Below, in pieces: positions 25,101 through 38,617 of a stretch of DNA of 64,000 nt. Each line of letters starts with the position of its first letter. The first letter of the stretch is position 1. The notes below the pieces were generated by a model. The model worked only from the letters and a program-made list of their open reading frames with translations. It did no database searches and was not told where the DNA came from. Origin of the DNA: Camelus dromedarius. Lineage: Eukaryota. Made by a program: the position numbers and the translations under genes. The DNA lies in contig NC_087436.1 in the NCBI RefSeq assembly GCF_036321535.1, positions 122,638,001 to 122,702,000 on the forward strand, given 5' to 3'.

Positions 25101-25965
25101 CAGAAGGTGGCTCATGCCAGCCCAGCCCTGAGAACCAAGAGGGCCCCGGGTCTGACCCAGGGTCCATAGGGCATGTGAGCACCTCAGGCGTGCATGCTCA
25201 GGCCTGGCCTGGCGCTGGAAGGCAGTTTAGGGCCCGTTGAACTTGGCCTTGATAAGGAGCCTGCGCTTTGCTCTGTATCAAAAGCAGAGACACTGATGGC
25301 CCCCAGACCGCCGTACGCTGCCACAGAGAATTGATGCTTCACAATTGACTCCTAGCAGCTTCTCCGTCAATTAGCCTCGACCCTGAATCTCCTGCCCACT
25401 TATCGTCCCTCCTGTAACTGCAAAATCAAACCCCCGCTGTTCAGCATCGATGTGGACACAGGACCCCTTGTAAATGCCCCTCCTCTACCGCACATCTGTC
25501 AAAGGCCCCTGAGATGTACTCCCACGCACAGGAAGCACTGGCAGGAGTCCACGTGGAGCCGGTGACGGGCTCCCAGAGCCGACGCCCCACAGCAGAGACT
25601 CGGGGGCTCTGGGCGGGTCCTCCAGGCCCTTGCAGCAGGGTTGCTCCTCTGCCCAGGATAGAGGGGCCGGAGGACACTGTGGTCACTGCGGCCTCCTGAC
25701 TTGAGGGTACCTGTGCTGCCAGGGGTTCACCACTGAGGGGTTCACTCCGAAGTGGGCCCAGCACCGTGTGTGAGCCGGGACTCTCCGAGAAGACCAGCAG
25801 GAAGTGTCTGTGTACCGAGACGCCCACTTCACAGGACGGGTTCTCCTTGTGGAGTCTGGCTGGGCAGGTGAGAAGCCCACAGGTGGGGGGGGGTCTCCCC
25901 TCCTCCAGGAGCTCTTCAGGTTACCAGAACCATCTCCTTTATGCCTGTTGGCTGACTCTGGGCGT

Positions 25966-26010
25966 GACCCACACAGGCTGAGGACCCACACAGGCTGAGG
26001 ACCCACAGGC
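25966..26010 (+). repeat. 17-bp tandem repeat (GACCCACACAGGCTGAG) x~2.5
   Basis: Identical units at 25966 and 25983, plus a partial third unit. Confidence 0.9.
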
Positions 26011-27744
26011 ATCACCTGGGAGAGACTGCATCACTGGAACCGCATCTGCCAAGTCCACCCGCCTGCACACGGAGCTGGGGCAGGGCGCAAACCCTGGCAG
26101 GGTGGGGCTGGGCCTGCTCGGTGCTGGACGGGCGCCGTGCACAGGGAACAGGCCCCGTGGGGCACTCCAGGAGCCCAGACACACAAGCAGCCACCGAGGG
26201 CGTGCAGGCCGGTGCAGGGACCAGCCAGTGCCCAGGCCCCCCACCTCCAGCCCCTGCAGCAGAGCCCCCAGGACAGAGCAGCTCCACCTCCTCCTTCCCG
26301 TCTCTGCCCTCCCCCCAACCCCCAGCATTTCCCAAGGTCATCACTGACTCCCCTCCCTGGGTCCCTGCAGGTGTCACTCATGTCACCTCTCAGCAGGCTG
26401 CGGTCCAGCCGGGCACCCACTCTGGCTGAGACACTGTCTTCCCCGGTTCCAGAAGCTTCACCTCCTGGGAGAGTCCTCTGAGATCAGTGGCCCTGAACCT
26501 GGGCCTGGAGCCTGGAAGACGGTGACAGCATCTCATGCCCACTTGCAGGGGTGCCGCGAGGCCTGCTGGAGGCCGATGTGGTGTGGAGCCAGGAGGGCCA
26601 GGTCTGCCCAGCACCTGAGAGGATGGGTGGGTTCACTAGCGCCCAGGGCCAGGGCTCAGAGACCCCGTCTACCTGCCACCTTGGCCGCAGCACCATGACC
26701 CCTTTTCTCTCTCAGCCCAGACTCTCCCCAGATTCCAGATCCCGAAATCCAGCTGCTTCCTCAAAGCCCCCACTCAGCTGTTCAAGTAAATGTGAGGAAA
26801 CCAGTTGTCAGCTCGGCCCTCAGCCCCTCCCCTTGCCCCTGCCCACCTCCCATCTCAGGAGGAGGCCTGCACCCCCAGGTCCACCTGCAACCCCCGTGAC
26901 TGGACCCTGGGCACATGTGAGACCTGCCACCTCTGTGGCACCCTGAGCAGGGCCGCAGGGCCACAGGGCCCTGCTCACGCCCTGGCCCCTTGGGTCAGCC
27001 ACAGGGACTTCCTTAGCAACCCCTGAGAGTCAAAGATCCCAAGCGTGTAGTGACTGCACTTCCCAACACTGCAGGATCTTTGTTTCATACCAAGGGGGAG
27101 ACCGACCTGGGGAGAGGCCAGACCCGCTCCTCAATCCTCCCTCCAGCCCTGCAGGCCCACCCTGACCTCAGGCCATGAGCTGTGCCAGCCCCCACCACGT
27201 GTGGCCACCCAGACCCTCTGTCTCTCCAAGCATCTCCACTGGTCCACACAGGCTCAGGCTGCTGGTTCCAAGGCCAGCAGGTGGACACTGGGGGCTGCCC
27301 TCAACCAGATGCCCTGCCCCACATGACCAGGGGGGTCCCACAGGTCGACAGTCCAGTCTGGGATTTGCCAGGCCCTGGCTGCCGGGCAGAACAGCCAGAC
27401 TCCCTCCCGGGGGCTCACACCAGCTTTCCAGTTCGCTGCACCTCCTTTCACACCCGCCTCCTGCCCAGGTCTACCCCTAGGTCTGCTGGCCTCAGCGCTG
27501 GGACTCGGGCCCTGAGGCCAAGAAATGATGCCGAAGGAGGGGCCAGAGGCGCCCTGGGGACGCGCTCCCAGGGCCGGCCCTCCGGCCTTCTGCCGCTGCA
27601 GCCCACCGCACGCAGGGGGCTGGGGGGCAGCCGGGCCCCGGGAGCCTCCTGCGAGTCAGGTGGCGGGGAAGTGTGACACTGTCATGCTCCCAGGATGTCT
27701 GACAGGAGGAAGTCCCTCTAATTCTGCAACAGCCCAGTAGGGAG

Positions 27745-27830
27745 CTTGCATCACCCCCTTTTCAGATTGGTAAACTGAGACTGGGGAGCTATGCGATTGT
27801 CACAAACACCACTTGTTAAAGGCCCACCAG
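27745..27830 (-). mobile_element. MIR fragment
   Basis: CCCCTTTTCAGATTGGTAAACTGAGAC resembles the MIR sequence CCCATTTTACAGATGAGGAAACTGAGG. Confidence 0.55.
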
Positions 27831-28932
27831 GTTCTGGCCGACTCACAGGAGGGATGGCCTCAAAGCCCAGGCAGAGACAAGCAGAGGGCTGCAGAGCCCT
27901 TACCCCAGTGGTGGGCGGGCACCCCACTGCCCAGGGGCTTGGCCAGCCCAGACCCAGGCTCGATGGCCCCTGGCCAGACAGAATTAGGGCAGCATGGGCT
28001 CCATGCTGTCAGGGCCTCCATCCATGAGAAGCCCTGCACAGCTGCGGGGCTAGGGGACAAAGACCAGGGCCAGGGAGGAGATGGAGGCGGGGCAGGTGCT
28101 GCCAGGCTCAGACTGCCCCTCCCAGACCACCTCCCCTCGCAGCTCTCCTTCCCTTTGAGTCCCCCAGAGACCGCTCCCCAGCCGGGGTCTCACCCAGAGA
28201 GAGGACTCAGGAGTGTGTGAGTGGGGCCCACAGGCTGTGGGCCTCCCACTGTGAGCCCACCCAGGGCTGGGACGGGCCACAGCGGCACCGGCTCCGTGAG
28301 ATCGCAGGGGACCCGCGCCATCTCCTCAGCTCTCTCCGCTCCTCACTGTGCTTCAGGGCTGTTTGTTGAAGACATGGACTGACAGCAGCACTGCCCTGAC
28401 GTGCTGCCACACGGAGGTTCTCCAGGACCTGCCTGGAGGGCAGGCCCAGCCCAGCGCAGGGCAGGTGGCGGCGGCGGCGGTCATTCTGGTAGCTGCTGGT
28501 GTTGTATCTGGTGGCTCCATCACCAGCCTCAAGGGCCAGTGCAGCCTGGAAGCAGGCCTCTTACGGGACTAGTGGGCATGGTCGGGGGGTCACTTAAAAG
28601 CCAAAAACGAGGGCACTCACTCTCCCATCACCCAAGGGGCCGCCAGCTGAGCAGGCTCACTGGGAGGGAAGGCGGTGGGGAATGCGAGGGTGTAGGGTGA
28701 GAAGTGCATGGGATGCTGGTCCGTGCAGAACACGGTGGGCGGCGTCCTCTCTGGGGGAAAGGGGGCTGTGGATAGCAATACTTATTTGCTTGTCTTCAAA
28801 GAGAAATTATGAGAAAGTAGATGGAAAATGAGTCAAAACAGTTACCACAGGGATAGAGAGAAAACAGGGTGGCGGCTGAGGCAAAGGGGGACACCATGCA
28901 AGGACAGTGGCCTATATATATATATGTTGGGG

Positions 28933-29086
28933 TTTTTTTACTTTTTTTTTTTGGTTGCGGGGGTAGTAATCAGATTTTATTTATTTATGTATTTATTTAC
29001 TTATCTCTTAAAAGAGGTAGTGGGGATTGAACCCAGGACCTTGTGTATGCTATACATGCGCTCTACCACTGAGCTATACCCTCCTC
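28933..29086 (-). mobile_element. tRNA-Ala-derived SINE (camelid Vic-1-like)
   Basis: The minus strand reads GGGTATAGCTCAGTGGTAGAGCGCATGTATAGCATACACAAGGTCCTGGGTTCAATCCCCACTACCTC (A and B boxes, tRNA-Ala(AGC)-like head), then (AAAT)n, CTGATTACTACCCCC and an A-rich tail. Confidence 0.85.
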
Positions 29087-29449
29087 CTCACTTTGTCCTA
29101 GATTTTGACATCAGAATTATAAGGGCTTTACATGATAAAAATTTCAATGAAAAAGGAGACCATCAATCCACAAAATTTTAAAGCAAGCCGGAACCAGTTA
29201 TTCTGACCACACAGGAAAAAAAAAATCAGTTCAAGTGACTGCAACACCCAGTGTTTGTATGAATGTGCCGAGTGGATTCTAAGGACAAACAAAAAAAGCT
29301 GCATCAAGAAATCTTAAACTGTCCTTGGTGATCCCACTGCTAATAAAAGCAGTGGCACTGTTATTTTGAACTTGTTGTAGGTATATTGCAGGAGGAGGCA
29401 CGTAAGTGATTATGTTAATGTCATTAAGGGATTTTTAGCATAAGAGAAA

Positions 29450-30955
29450 AAAAGATGAAATTGCAAAGCAAAGAAATGAAATTTAAAACTGTAATCTTAA
29501 TAAACCATCTGAAAATGAAATTGAGAAAACAATTCCATTTAAAATTGCATCAAAAAGAATAAAATACTTAAGAATAAATTGAACCAAGAAGGTGCAAGAC
29601 TTGTACACTGAACACTACCAAACACTGCTGAGAGAATTTAAAGAAGACTTAAAGAAACAGAAAGATATCCTGTGTTCATGTTTTCAAAGAGTTAATATTG
29701 TTTTAAGATGACCAAACTCCCCAAATTGATCCTCATTCACTGTAAGCCCTTTCAGAACCCCAACTGACTTCTTTGTACAAATTGGCAAGCTGATTCTAAA
29801 ATTCCTGTGGAATTGCAAAGGACCCAGAATAGCCAAAACAATCCCAAAAAAGAAGGAAAAAGTAGAAAGACTCATTCTCCCAGTTCCAAAACCTATGAAG
29901 CAAGGGTAATTAAGGCAGCACGGTACTGGCACAAGGACAGACACTGAGACCGGTGGACTGGAAGAGAATCCAGAAACAGAGCACGTGTCTGTGGTGAGCT
30001 GACGTCTGACGAGGGTACTGAGCCCGCCCAGCGGGTGAGGAATAGCCTTTTTAACAAATGGTGCTGGGAAAACCAGATAACCACGTGCGAAAGAATGAAG
30101 CTTGAGTCTTACCTTACACCACGTACGAGGATTAACTCAAAACCCATCCAAAACCATGTAAGAACCCAAACTATGAAACTCTTAGAAGAAAAAAGATAAG
30201 AGCAAATCTTCATGGCCTTAGATTTGGCAAATGGCGTCTCAGATACGACACCAGGAGGACCAACAGCAAAAGGGAAAATGGATGAACTAGACTCAGCAAA
30301 AGCTGGCGATGTCTGTGCTCCCGAGGGCACTACGAAGACGGTGGAACGACACCCCGGAGAATGGAAGACAACATTTCCAAACACGTCTGATAGGAACCTT
30401 CTGTCCTGAATAAAACTCGTAAAATTCAGCAGTACAAAGACCAAACAACTGTTTAAAAACGGGCAAGCAATCTGAATAGAAACTTTTCTAAGGAACACGT
30501 ACAGATGGCCAATAAACACGAAAAAGATGCTCAGTGTCATTGGTCACTAGAGATGCAAGCTAAAACCACAGTAAAGCATCCTTGCACACCCACTAGAATG
30601 GCTAGAATCAGAAAGTCAGAGAACAGCAACAGCTGACAAAGGCATGGAGGCCTTGGACCCTCACACAGGGCTGCAGGGAACGTAAGACGGTGCTGCCACT
30701 CTCAAAGCAGTCTGGCAGTCCCTCAAATGGTTAAAGCAGAGCTGTCTTACGGCTCAACAGCCCCCCCAAGGTGGACGCCCAAGAGAAACAAACCTCGTTC
30801 ACACGTGCTCACAGCAGCATTGCTCACACAGCCATGAAGCTGAGGCTAACTGAATGTCCACAGGCTGGTGACTGGGTAAACGAAATGGGATGTGCCCACA
30901 CAATGGATGCCTACCGGGCAACAGAAAGGGACGAAGAACTGACATGCGCCACAAC
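29450..30955 (+). mobile_element. LINE-1 ORF2 3' region to 3' UTR start, degraded
   Basis: Typical ORF2 DNA, e.g. CAAAAAGAATAAAATACTTAAGAATAAA, GGACCCAGAATAGCCAAAACAATC and AACAAATGGTGCTGGGAAAAC, with many stops and frameshifts. Confidence 0.9.
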
Positions 30956-32255
30956 AGAGTCCCTGAAGGAAGAGAGAAAGTGCAGAAAGGTTTTTGAAGA
31001 AAGAGTGGCTCCAAACCTCCAAAATCTGCTAAAAGACACACATTTACAGATTCGAGAAGCTCAGTAAGCTCCAAAGATGGTCCGCTCAAATCCACGTCCA
31101 GAAATACCACCAAACGACTCAAAGGCAAAGACGAAGAAAACGCCTTGCGAGCAGGCAGAGGAAGAGAATTACACATGCGGAAACAAGGAGAGAAGGGACT
31201 GCAGATGTCCTGCCAGAGACCGCGGAGACAAGAGGCAGTGGAAGAAGAGATGAACCGTTAGCCCAGGATTCCATCTCCAGCAAAAATGTCCTTCAGGAAT
31301 TAAGGCAAAAGAAAGACATTCTCAGAGGAAGGAAAACGAACAGCATTTGTCAGCAGGAAGCCCGCTGTAAAAGAAGCACTGAAGGGGCCTCTGCAGCCAG
31401 GGTGAAGGTGACACCAGCAGGGAAACTTGAACTTCAGGGACAAAGGGACAAAAATCATAACTGCCCAGGTGAAACGCTGTGTTTCTCTTCTCACTTCTGT
31501 AGAACGTGTGTGGTAGTCGAGAGTGAGAGCTGTGGCGCCGCCGGAGGGGCGGGGCTGCGTGCAGAGGCAGTGCCGAGGCGACGGCGGCCACAGCCGCAGA
31601 GGGAGGACCGAGGCAGTTCGGTGCTACCTGTCTAGGTCCCACTTGAAGGGGAAATGTTGATTCTAAGTAGCTGGTGAGAAGTTCAGTATCTAGATTATAA
31701 TCTCCAGAGCAATCAGTAAAAAAATAAGTATACAGGGTGATGTAGTTAAAAAAAAAAAACCCAGTAGATAAGGTGAGGTACTAAAAAAATGTAAGAAATC
31801 ATAAAGGAAATGGACAACAGAGGAATAAAGACGGATGAACATGCAGGAGCAATAAAGTGTTAGCCCTGAATCCAAATATGTAAATAATTACGTTCAATGT
31901 GAACATCTAAACCATCAATTGAAAAAGACAGAGATTTTTACACTGGATTGAGAAAAATCCAGCTACACACTGTCTGCACGAAACTCCCTTTGCCTATAGC
32001 TGTGTGGTTAAATTGAAAGGCAAAGGGTGTGAGAGGAGCGGCCACGGTGGAGGAGCGGGGAGACCCCGAGCGCGCCTCCGCCCATGAGCACAGCAAAAGC
32101 ACAGCAGCTTACGGGGCAGCTGTTGACGAGGAAGACCGGAAGACCAGCAGGAACAACCTTCTACGATTAAGGACGGAACGCAGGGACCGCAGCAAGACAC
32201 GTGGGAGGAGCGGGGACGCGGCGGTCAGAGACGGGAGGGTGATGACAGCTGCACG
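30956..32255 (+). mobile_element. Older LINE-1 ORF1 3' half, inter-ORF region and ORF2 start
   Basis: ORF1-like GAGTCCCTGAAGGAAGAGAG...CAGATTCGAGAAGCTCAG and CCAGCAAAAATGTCCTTCAGGAAT, then ORF2-start-like TAATTACGTTCAATGTGAA...GACAGAGATT. Confidence 0.75.
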
Positions 32256-32995
32256 GGTTCTCCCCAGGGAGCCACCAGTCCGCGCCTCACTTCGGGCTCC
32301 CCAGGCCGGGGGTCCGGCGCTGGGAAGACGAGCCCCCAGAACATTTGTTTGGCTTTGAAGGCAGCAGGGCTGACTTTCGGGAGGCCCAGAGGGCCATGGC
32401 AATCAGGGACACCACTCTCAGAGGGCCACACAAAATCTCACACACTCCAGGATGCGGGGCAGAAGCAGTCATTTGAAAGGACCCCAGGCCAGACCCCCTT
32501 GCTGATCTTGGAGCGTCTCTGGAGAGGGAGAAGGCAACTGGAGCTTGCCCGGGGACACAGACACTGGCAGTGGCCTTTTCTGGGAGCTGTTCACCATGTG
32601 GACACTGGTGCTGGCAAGTGTCCATCTAGATTATTAGCACTAGGACCCAGACCCACCAACCAACAGACCGGATGCCTTAAGACCCCCTGATCTCACAATC
32701 TCCCCGGACACAACCCTGTCCACCAGAGGGCCCAGGACCTGGCCTCACACATCAGTGCACAGACACTAGCCCTTGGACCACCAGAGTTCTACATCCAGAA
32801 GCCCCAGGACTGCCTTCACCCACCAGGGGGCAGGCACAGTCCTGGGACCCAGGCCCCTGCAGCCAGAGACCGTGGGACCTGGCTCTGCCCACAGGTGAGC
32901 CAGCGCTAGCCCAGGAACCCCCGGGCCCTGGCCCCACACACCAGCAGGCTGGTACCAGCTCCAAGACGCCTCAGACCCCTCGGCCAGCCCCCGTG
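32256..32995 (+). mobile_element. GC-rich LINE-1 5' UTR fragment (laurasiatherian/cetartiodactyl type)
   Basis: GGAAGACGAGCCCCCAGAACATTTG...GGCTTTGAAGG...GCAGAAGCAGTCATTTGAAAG...CCCACACACCAGCAGGCTGG resembles an L1 5' UTR and interrupts an older L1. Confidence 0.6.
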
Positions 32996-35150
32996 GTGCA
33001 CTGTTGCAGGGAGTGCAAATTGGTGCAGCCACTGAGGAAACAGTGGGGAAGTTTTTTCTATTTATTTGATTTTGTATCCATATGATATGATGGATGTTCA
33101 CTAAACTTACTGCGATAATCACTTCATGATGAATATAAATCAGATCATTATGCAGTACACAAGCATATACGGTGTTGTACGCCAATTACAGCTCAAAAAA
33201 ACTAGAGGAGAAAAAGTTACAGAATGTAAAAGGACATCACGTGGAAACACTGGTGAAGAAGCTGAAGTGGCTACAAAAACATTGGATGGAGGAGAATTAC
33301 TAGGGGTCAATAGAGACATGACATAACTAAACCAATTAACCAGGACACGAAAGAGCCATCGCCTAACAACGGACCTTCAAAACACACAGAGCAAAACCTG
33401 ATAGAGCTGGAAGGAGAAATAGCAAACCCACAACTATGGCTGGGACCTCGACCAGCCTCTTAGAGCACAGACAGAAAACGCAGGCGGACTGTCAGCAAGG
33501 AGATAGAAGGACTGCACATCACTGTCCACCCACGTTCCTAGATGACCTCATAGGACAACGCCCCTTTCAATGACAGTAGGATACCTGTTCTGTTCAAATG
33601 CACACGGGACATTCTCCAGAGACCACACCCTGGGTTATAAAATCAACCTAAGAGATTCAAAAGGATTCAACTTATATAAGGTATGTTCTTGACTGCAATG
33701 GAATTAAACTAGAAATCAGTAACAGTAAGATGTCTTTAACCCCCGATGCTCAGAGGTCGACAAACATTTGAATAATCTGTGGATCAAAGAAGAAATCTCA
33801 AGGGGAATTAGAAAACATTTTGAACTAAATGAAAATGAAAATTTTTAAATATCAAAATTATTTGTGGATTGCAGTTAAAGCAGTACTTAGAGGGAAATGC
33901 GTAGAGTTAAGTGTTCATATTGGAAAAGAAGAAAGATTGCTTTCCCCTTAGGAAACCAGAAGAACCAGAGCAACAGAACCCAAAGCAACCGGAAGAAAGG
34001 GAGTAACAGAGACAGAGCCCAGACCAACGAAACCGAGAACAGAAAGCCCTGTATAAAGTCAGCGAAATCGAGAACTGGTTCTTTGGAAAAGGCGATTAGA
34101 TTGGTTAATCTCTAACCAGCCTGGAAAGGAAAAGAGAGATTTGGCAAATGGATCAATTTCTTGAAATCCACAAACTATCAAAACGCACCCAAGAACTAAT
34201 AACCTGAATATCTACCTGCTTAAACAACCGAATTCATAATTAATAACCTTCAAAAAAGGAAACTCCAAACCCAGGTGGTTTCCCTGGCAAATCCTACAAA
34301 ATATGTGAAGATAAAAACAGCTCTAGTTCTACACAATCTTAGAGAAAATAGAAGACACTTTCCCACTTCATGAGGTCAGCGTTACCCAAGTTCCAACAGC
34401 AGACAGAGACAGAACCAGGTAAGACAAGACCTTCCACAAAATATTAGCAAATCTAATCCAGCCACATATAGAAAGAACAAAAACACTGTAACCAAGCGGC
34501 TTCATCCTGAGAATGCAGCGTTCAACCCTGCAGCCCCAGTTGTGACCCGCCACAAGGACAGACAAGAAACACCACGTGATCGTCTCAGCAGACACAACGT
34601 TGTTCACGACGGAGGTCAGGATCAGAAGGGAACTCCGGAATCGAGAGTGGCCGTGAACTTCTGTAAATTTCCGTGTCTAGTTACCGAGGCCGGTAGGTAG
34701 AAACGTGATTGACATTTTCAGGTCTTGTCCTCTGGCCCGCCTGACTCCCGAGTCATGGGGACACTCGCAGGGCCGGCGGGATTCCCTGCGCGGGTCCCCC
34801 TGTCCTCTAAACTTAGGGCAGTTTCGTTTTCCCGTCCCAATCTGGATACCCTTTTTTGGTTTGTTTTTCTTGCCTGAAATGTTCCAAGTGTCTGGAACTT
34901 GCTGTCTGGAGATAGGCTTTAAAATATAACAAAGAAAATTGTGGCTGCGAGTGGATGAAATCCTGGTGACAAACCGTGGATCATTGTTGAATCTGAGGGG
35001 CTGATTTTACTCTTCTCTGGATTTTTGTGTATGTTTGAAATACTTTATAATAAAGAATTTTAAAATCTATTATAACAAAACAACCCCAAGAGCGAACAAA
35101 TAGAAAAGGGACAAAAGCATTTCACAAAAGAGGAGACCCACACGTGACCG
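32996..35150 (+). mobile_element. Mosaic of L1 3'-end and ORF2 endonuclease/RT fragments
   Basis: L1 3' tail at ~33080-33215, ORF2-like GGAATTAAACTAGAAATCAGTAAC and GGATCAAAGAAGAAATCTCAAGGGGAATTAGAAAAC, and an L1M-type 3' end near 34950-35070. Confidence 0.75.
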
Positions 35151-37369
35151 GCATCCTCACCAGCGTCTGCAGAAACGAAAGTCACAGCAAGACGCGATCT
35201 GCCAGCCTTGCCTGGGAGCTCGGGGCCAAGCTGAACCTTGCTGGAAGCACCGGCCCCTTCCTTCCCGGTAACCCTGCAACTCAGTCTGTTCTCTCTTAAA
35301 GAGGGGATCAGACCTAAACCAGAGCCCACACCGCATGCCCAGCGCCCCAAGGCGACCCGAGGTTGGACCCTGCCTCACAGGGGTGGCACTGCACGGCTCT
35401 GAGACGCAGGCGAGCCTGTGATGTAATGGGGTACGAGCGCCGCCCCCAAAGCTGTACACATGGCACTGATGCCTGTGTTTCCAAAAAGCAGAAAACTAGT
35501 CGAGAGGGAAACGGATGGGACTGAGCGGGGCCCGGGCTGCGCTGCAGGATTGCAGGCGGTGTTGTGGCTTCTCTGGACTTCTACACCTCTGTGTCACCTC
35601 TGTGGCAGAAGAGATCTCTGTGCTGGCAGACTCCTTCCTGGCACCCATAGCACGGCCAGGCCAGGGCTACAGGGAGCCAGAGGACTCCCTTCTTACAGCT
35701 GGGACTGCAGCCTCCTAAACAGGGCTCTTGCCCCTTCGCCTCACCTGCCTCCACCTAGGGGACCTGGGGGGTGCCGCCAGCTTCTCTGCTTGCAGTGCCT
35801 TGAGCTGTTCCCAGATCCGCTGTGACAAGGGAGGAGAGATGGCCAAAGGCTTACCTGTGCTGTCCTAGAGATGACAGAGGGTGCCAGAATGGGGGCAGGG
35901 AGGACCCTGGGGGAGACAACAGGATGTCTGCACGGGCGCTGAAGAGTGAGGTGGCCACCGGGGTCGGCCCGCAGTATTCGAGACCACGAGCACGTGAACC
36001 CAGCTCTTTCCCACCCTCAGCAGGAGTGAAGCAACCAACACTGAGTGCCAAAGGTGAGGATTTTCTTTTATTGAATTTTTATCAGCAAAAAAAACCTAAC
36101 TAAATATTACCATGCAAAAAACAGGGAAAAGGGAACGAGTTGGTACTTTTAGATCACAGGAACATAGTTTCCTAAGCTTTTTATCTGGGAATAGTTTTAG
36201 CTCTGCGGAAGAGTTGCAGAGTGGACAGAGAGCTCTGGCTGGCGCCCCCCGCCTGCCGTGGGGCCACTGCTGCCAGGCCGCTGAGACCCCAGTGCTGGGA
36301 GATGTTAAGGAGAAGCAAATCAGGTTTCCCCACCGTTCTCCCGCTTGTGTCCTTTCCTGGCTCCAGGGTCCAGGGCAGGATGTCACAGTGCACCAGGCAC
36401 TGATGCCTTTTTGATGGGCAAAGGCACAGGACTAATGCCCCGTGGAGTCCGCACAAGGGGCCGTGGGGACGGTGCCCAGATCGACACAGCTGAGGTGACA
36501 CAGTCTGCATCTCTGTCTCTTTGTCTCTGGGGCCTGCTGTTGACACGTGGGCTCAAGCAGAACGCAGGGCGGAGACAGGCGAGACCTGAAGCAGACACTG
36601 TGCTCACCCCTGGCCGGAGAAGCTGACAAATGTGGAGATGGAAGTTTACAGACACCTCCACCAACTCTCCAGTAACCACAGCCACTGTCTAGAACTTGGA
36701 CCTACAACATTTTTTTCCTGGTAGGAATATACCGCTACCATTATTTAGAATCGCAGTGCTTGTGAGAATAGGAAACAGACAGCCTGTTAGCTGGTTCTAT
36801 TAGTGTTTTAAAATCCCTGCAGACAGTGTGCCCAGTACAGTGGGCAGCCTGGCCATGAGGAGGTGGGGACAGAACAAGGCCATCAAGGCAGAGGGCCAGC
36901 CAGGTGGCTGACTGACAGGGGAGGGGACACACGAGCTGTGAAGGGTGACAGCCTTGCAGGGACCCTCGCCTTGTCAGGAAGTCCACAGAGGGTCAGGTCC
37001 CCAGGCTCCTCCTAGGCCCAGGGCCACTGGGCAGTGCAGATGGAGAGGAGCCCACCTCAGGCAGCTCCTAACCCCCCGGCCCCGCGCTCTCAGGGCCTGA
37101 CTGCTGAGAACCAGCTCACACTGTGGTTTTGGGGAAGGATCCCAGTGGGGGAAAGGGCTGCCTCCTGCAGCAGGAAGATGGCCGAGGAGAAGGAGTGGCA
37201 TCACTGAGCGGTGGGGCGGAGGGGGAGGCACCCTGCCAGCCCTCGTTGCTCAGGATGACCATTCCCACACTGAGGCACCTCACTCGGGAGCAGCACCAAC
37301 CAGCCTGTCATTCCTCTGTTCCACTAGCAAGCAAGTAATCACTGTTTTGGGCTGTCATGGGGGAGGAGT

Positions 37370-37620
37370 TGAGACAAGGCCTTCAGGGAGGTGCCGCTGG
37401 AAATCTAAACAAGGTAACAGCCAGTGCAAAGGCCCTGGGGCAGCAGCAGGAAGTCCTCCTGACAGGGATATGGTAGCCCAGGGAAAGGAGAGGAGAGGTG
37501 TGGGTTGAATAGCTGGAGCAGGCCTCTCAGGCTGAAGCAACAGGCTTGGGTTTTGTCCTCTGTGTTGGGGCAACGTTGGATGGCCTGAGATGAAGCCTTC
37601 CATCCAGGCTGTGAGCATCT
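37370..37620. mobile_element. LINE-2 fragment
   Basis: L2-like AACAGCCAGTGCAAAGGCCCTGGGGCAG and GCTTGGGTTTTGTCCT. Confidence 0.5.
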
Positions 37621-38617
37621 TGAAGCAGGGATCTCCAGTCAGAGAGACAGGGAGGCAGAGGGGTTGGCCAGGGACCAGGACATCCCTGCAGGACTCACAG
37701 ACCTTCCCCTCCTCCCCCAGCTGCTCAGAGGCAGAGACCCACCTCACAGCAGCCCCACGGCACGTGACGCCACCAACCCCTGGTTCGGAGGGAGCCGGGC
37801 TGTGCTGGGCCAGGTTGGGGGCCTAGGCTGCCAGGGGGAGGCCGCGAGGCGGGCGGCAGCGTCCTAGGCCTGCACGCGGGGCCCTCACAGCACCTGTCCC
37901 CAGATTAGATTTCTCCTTTCTCATTACCACGGTAATAGGTCCTTCAGACCTCATTCCAGCCCTAGATATTATCTGACCCGTATAATTAATTAATTATAGC
38001 CCAAATATTATAGATTATTAAAAATAGCATAACTAATAGTGTAATATCTCAAGCTGTCGACTTTAATAGTCAACATTGTCTTGGCAGCGCTTATCAGCCC
38101 GGGACACCCGGTGAGAATATTGATTCCGGGTAATTTTAGCCGTCATCTGCCATCCTGACAGCGAATTGTCAGGTCCTCACCCAAGCCGGGGCTCGTTTGA
38201 AATCGTTAAACCGCCGCGCAGCTCACAGTGGATCTTAATGTTTCCTTTTCCTCCCCCTTCAATATGTTTCAGCCACAGAGAAGAAAATAAATAGAGAAGC
38301 AGAGAGGGGTGTGGGCGGGGGAGGGGCCGCTCTCCGGTCAGGGGAGGTGGGGCTGATTTGTCTCCATCCCCTCCCCTCCCCACAGGACCCGGACTCCTTC
38401 TCCCTGCCCCCAGCACGTCTTCTGGTGGGGGTTCTCCTGGCAGAGCTGTGCAGGGGGAAGCGTTTGAATCACACACGCAGACAAGACACACGTGCTGCAT
38501 CTTGGCCCCTTCAGGGCGGGCTCCACCCAACCTGCACTCCAAAGACTCCCCAAAACCCACTGGCAGGCACACAGGCCACAGCCATGAGAGTTAGACCCAT
38601 GCTGGGTGCGGATCCCT

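Noticed and set aside
29014..29083. tRNA-Ala-like sequence as a true tRNA gene
   Set aside because: It has substitutions in the anticodon arm and is followed by a SINE body and A-rich tail.
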